Below are positions 59,384 through 61,386 of a stretch of 61,386 bases of DNA, piece after piece. The notes below the pieces were generated by a model. It was not told the DNA's origin. It saw only the letters and a program-made list of their open reading frames with translations, and did no database searches. This DNA is from Candidatus Aenigmatarchaeota archaeon (GTDB lineage Archaea > Aenigmatarchaeota > Aenigmatarchaeia > QMZP01 > QMZT01), in NCBI GenBank assembly GCA_043808015.1, contig JAZDFI010000009.1, positions 1-61,386 on the forward strand, written 5' to 3'. Both the position numbers and the translations under genes were made by a program. Within the stretch, counting starts at the first letter, position 1, and the number at the start of each line of letters is the position of its first letter.

Positions 59384-60112
59384 ATGTCCAAAAAGATCCG
59401 GTTGCTGGCGAAGCTCATGCGCTCAGGCGAGTTCCAGCGAACGTCAGAAGCCGAAAAGGCAGTCCGGGAAGGGCGAATAAAGGTAGACGGCAAGCCGGCG
59501 ACGAATCCGCAGCATTCCGTCAAAGCGAATGCGGTCATCAGCATCGGCGAGCGGGCGATCGAGCCCGCGGCATTCACATACGTCATTCTAGACAAGCAGA
59601 AAGGCATGGTCTGCCAGAAGACGGACAAGGAAAGAAGCGTATACGACGTCATAGCGTCCATGGAAGAGCTCGACGAGAAGACGCGGGCAAGCCTGTTCTG
59701 CGTCGGGCGCCTCGACAAGGACACGGAAGGCCTGTTAATAATAACGAACGACGGCCAGCTGGAGAAGCTGCTCACGAAAGGTAAGCGCGTAATCAAGATC
59801 TACGCCGTCGCGACGGCCGCCCCGGTCACTGACGGCGATGCCGCAGCCCTCCCCAAAGGCGTGCAGATAAACGATGACGATACAGGCATGACATTCCACG
59901 TCAAGGCCGTCGCCATCAAGCGGCTCGGCGAGCGAACCATCGAGCTTGGCATCGACGAGGGCAGGAAGCGCCAGATAAAGAAGATGCTCGAGGCGCTGGG
60001 GAACCGCGTCGTGTCGCTGCGCCGCGTGGGCATCGGCAAAATGAGAATCGAGAGCCTCGATTTCAAGGGTAAGCGCTATCTGATAACGATAAAGCAAGAC
60101 CTGAAATTCTGA
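59384..60112 (+). CDS. RsuA/RluB-family pseudouridine synthase with an S4 domain
   Basis: 242 aa from ATG 59384. The S4-like N-terminus is SEAEKAVREGRIKVDGK and the catalytic motif is GRLDKDTEGLLIITNDG. The track start 59219 overlaps the pilin gene in antisense. Confidence 0.8.
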   Translation: MSKKIRLLAKLMRSGEFQRTSEAEKAVREGRIKVDGKPATNPQHSVKANAVISIGERAIEPAAFTYVILDKQKGMVCQKTDKERSVYDVIASMEELDEKTRASLFCVGRLDKDTEGLLIITNDGQLEKLLTKGKRVIKIYAVATAAPVTDGDAAALPKGVQINDDDTGMTFHVKAVAIKRLGERTIELGIDEGRKRQIKKMLEALGNRVVSLRRVGIGKMRIESLDFKGKRYLITIKQDLKF

Positions 60113-60142
60113 CGAATTGACCAAAAAACAACCGCGTCTCGC

Positions 60143-60319
60143 CTATTGCGCTTTTTTCATGGTGGCGTAGCATTCTTCACAGTAATGCTCCCAGACCTGG
60201 GAAGGGTAAAGCTGCACCGCCCTGGCCGAGTCCTTGCCGCACATCTTGCATACGTCTTTCATGAGGCTGCGCATAAAACTGCCGGGCGCTCTTTCCGTCG
60301 TGTTGACCATGTTGACCAT
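60143..60319 (-). CDS. small zinc-ribbon protein (58 aa, below the ORF-track cutoff)
   Basis: My translation is MVNMVNTTERAPGSFMRSLMKDVCKMCGKDSARAVQLYPSQVWEHYCEECYATMKKAQ, with CxxC pairs at both ends. Confidence 0.35.
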   Translation of the reverse strand: MVNMVNTTERAPGSFMRSLMKDVCKMCGKDSARAVQLYPSQVWEHYCEECYATMKKAQ

Positions 60320-60421
60320 TTTGATTCCGTTTCCTATTCCTATATATTAGCAGAGCCGACATATAAGGGTCGGAAAGAGCGCTTTAAGGCTAATCCTGAA
60401 TCCCGCTAGAAATAAGGCGGC

Positions 60422-60727
60422 TTAAACCTGTATTTTTGCCAGTTCGGGCACGCCTTCGACTTCCGCGCCCTTTTTCCGCAGCTCCTGCAGATATTTCACA
60501 GCGGCAGGCGTCATGCTGTCTTTTTTGTAATTGAAGCTGACAACCGCTCCGTCGCCGGGCTGCGGAAAGGATGTGTGTATGGCGCCGACATCAAGGCCTG
60601 CGTTTTCGAGGGCTTCCGCGATAGCTTCTTGTTTATTGTATATCCCAATATACGTTAAATTTTCTCCAACAAATTTAATCGTGACCATTCCCGGTATGTA
60701 TGGCGCATACGGCTTGTCTTGCGGCAT
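60422..60727 (-). CDS. hypothetical protein
   Basis: 101-aa ORF. No family recognised. Confidence 0.35.
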   Translation of the reverse strand: MPQDKPYAPYIPGMVTIKFVGENLTYIGIYNKQEAIAEALENAGLDVGAIHTSFPQPGDGAVVSFNYKKDSMTPAAVKYLQELRKKGAEVEGVPELAKIQV

Positions 60728-60817
60728 GATTCATATTTTGATAAAATCTTTAAATGTCATTATTGTTCCCGCACGCTGTGCCAACGCATAAAAGAGCCCG
60801 GTGGCCAAATTATATTC

Positions 60818-61264
60818 ATGGAACGCAGGACGCACATCATCTTCGGCATCTTTCTCTTCGTACTGCTATGGGCGGCGTTCAAGCTCGACATCGCATTATC
60901 GGTCTTAGTCGCCGTCGGTTCGGTCTTCCCGGACCTCGATTACAGAAAAGGTCTCACAGTCTACCATCGAAAGCTGGCGCATAACATCTGGGTCATGCTG
61001 CTCGCTGGCATCATAATCGCGCTCGTCGCGAATAGCATCGAGTTCGGCATGGCGTTCGCGCTGGGCTTCATGAGCCATATGCTAGCCGATTCATTAACGC
61101 CCATGGGCGTCTATCCACTATACCCGTTAAAGAGCAGCCATCCATACTTCCTAGTAGGCGGAAAGGCCAAGATTACGACAGGCTCAAGAGGAGAAAAGAT
61201 ATTCCAAGCAGTAATAGTGATTGCGACGGTTTTTGTTATTTTGGTAATAAGTAATATTTTGTAA
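60818..61264 (+). CDS. membrane-bound metal-dependent hydrolase, YdjM/DUF457 family
   Basis: 148 aa from ATG 60818. It has THIIFGIFL ... FPDLDY ... HRKLAHN ... SHMLADSLTPMGVYPLYPL. The track start is 60719. Confidence 0.7.
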   Translation: MERRTHIIFGIFLFVLLWAAFKLDIALSVLVAVGSVFPDLDYRKGLTVYHRKLAHNIWVMLLAGIIIALVANSIEFGMAFALGFMSHMLADSLTPMGVYPLYPLKSSHPYFLVGGKAKITTGSRGEKIFQAVIVIATVFVILVISNIL

Positions 61265-61386
61265 TAAAATTGAAATTGACATGGAATTTCGAGATATTAT
61301 GTAACATGTGAACTGACTATTCAGCGATGATGTATAGCTTTTAGCATTGTCATTTTTTAAATTTAAATATTTTTTTAAAATTTTCC

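Noticed and set aside
1-61386. CRISPR arrays, rRNA genes, and transposases, integrases or IS elements.
   Set aside because: I saw no regularly spaced direct repeats with unique spacers, no rRNA-like conserved segments, and no DDE-, tyrosine- or serine-recombinase-like ORFs on either strand.

Overview
This 61.4-kb segment is gene-dense on both strands and reads as archaeal. All family calls come from motif recognition by eye; no searches were run. Archaeal markers are an MCM helicase, a tRNA-splicing endonuclease, the wyosine enzymes Trm5 and Taw1, a class-III-signal-peptide pilin, indolepyruvate:ferredoxin oxidoreductase, and two intron-containing tRNAs. One tRNA (tRNA-Val) carries two introns, one of them in the D-arm. 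The long three-unit-like endonuclease and the non-canonical intron suggest a small-genome DPANN lineage, possibly Micrarchaeota/ARMAN-like, but this is an unverified guess. I support about 70 coding regions, 2 tRNAs, and several repeats and candidate regulatory sites. I saw no rRNA, CRISPR array, transposase or integrase. The main functional blocks are: (1) an ArsR-permease pair, iorAB, a PurD-like ligase, and kbl/tdh flanking tRNA-Val; (2) MCM, Trm5 and EndA; (3) a metal and thiol island at 24.5-38 kb (CDF, an HMA-membrane-cupredoxin fusion, CopA, a membrane DsbA-like protein, two cysteine desulfurases, secreted thioredoxin-fold proteins, a His-rich protein); (4) a tight minus-strand operon nrdR-nrdJ-cobO-dcd plus a putative corrinoid uptake pair, with two NrdR-box-like palindromes 31 bp apart upstream; (5) two very large glycoprotein-like surface proteins with visibly low-GC mosaic segments and perfect internal DNA repeats; (6) a DUF362/ferritin-like/GNAT-ATP-grasp block; (7) tRNA-Thr with a 74-nt intron and a 28-nt hairpin module duplicated in its leader and intron, followed by a Fic gene with operator-like repeats, a pilin and a bacterial-type RsuA/RluB pseudouridine synthase. 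One aminotransferase gene carries a 1-nt frameshift. Most other long ORFs in the six-frame track are antisense shadow ORFs of these genes.
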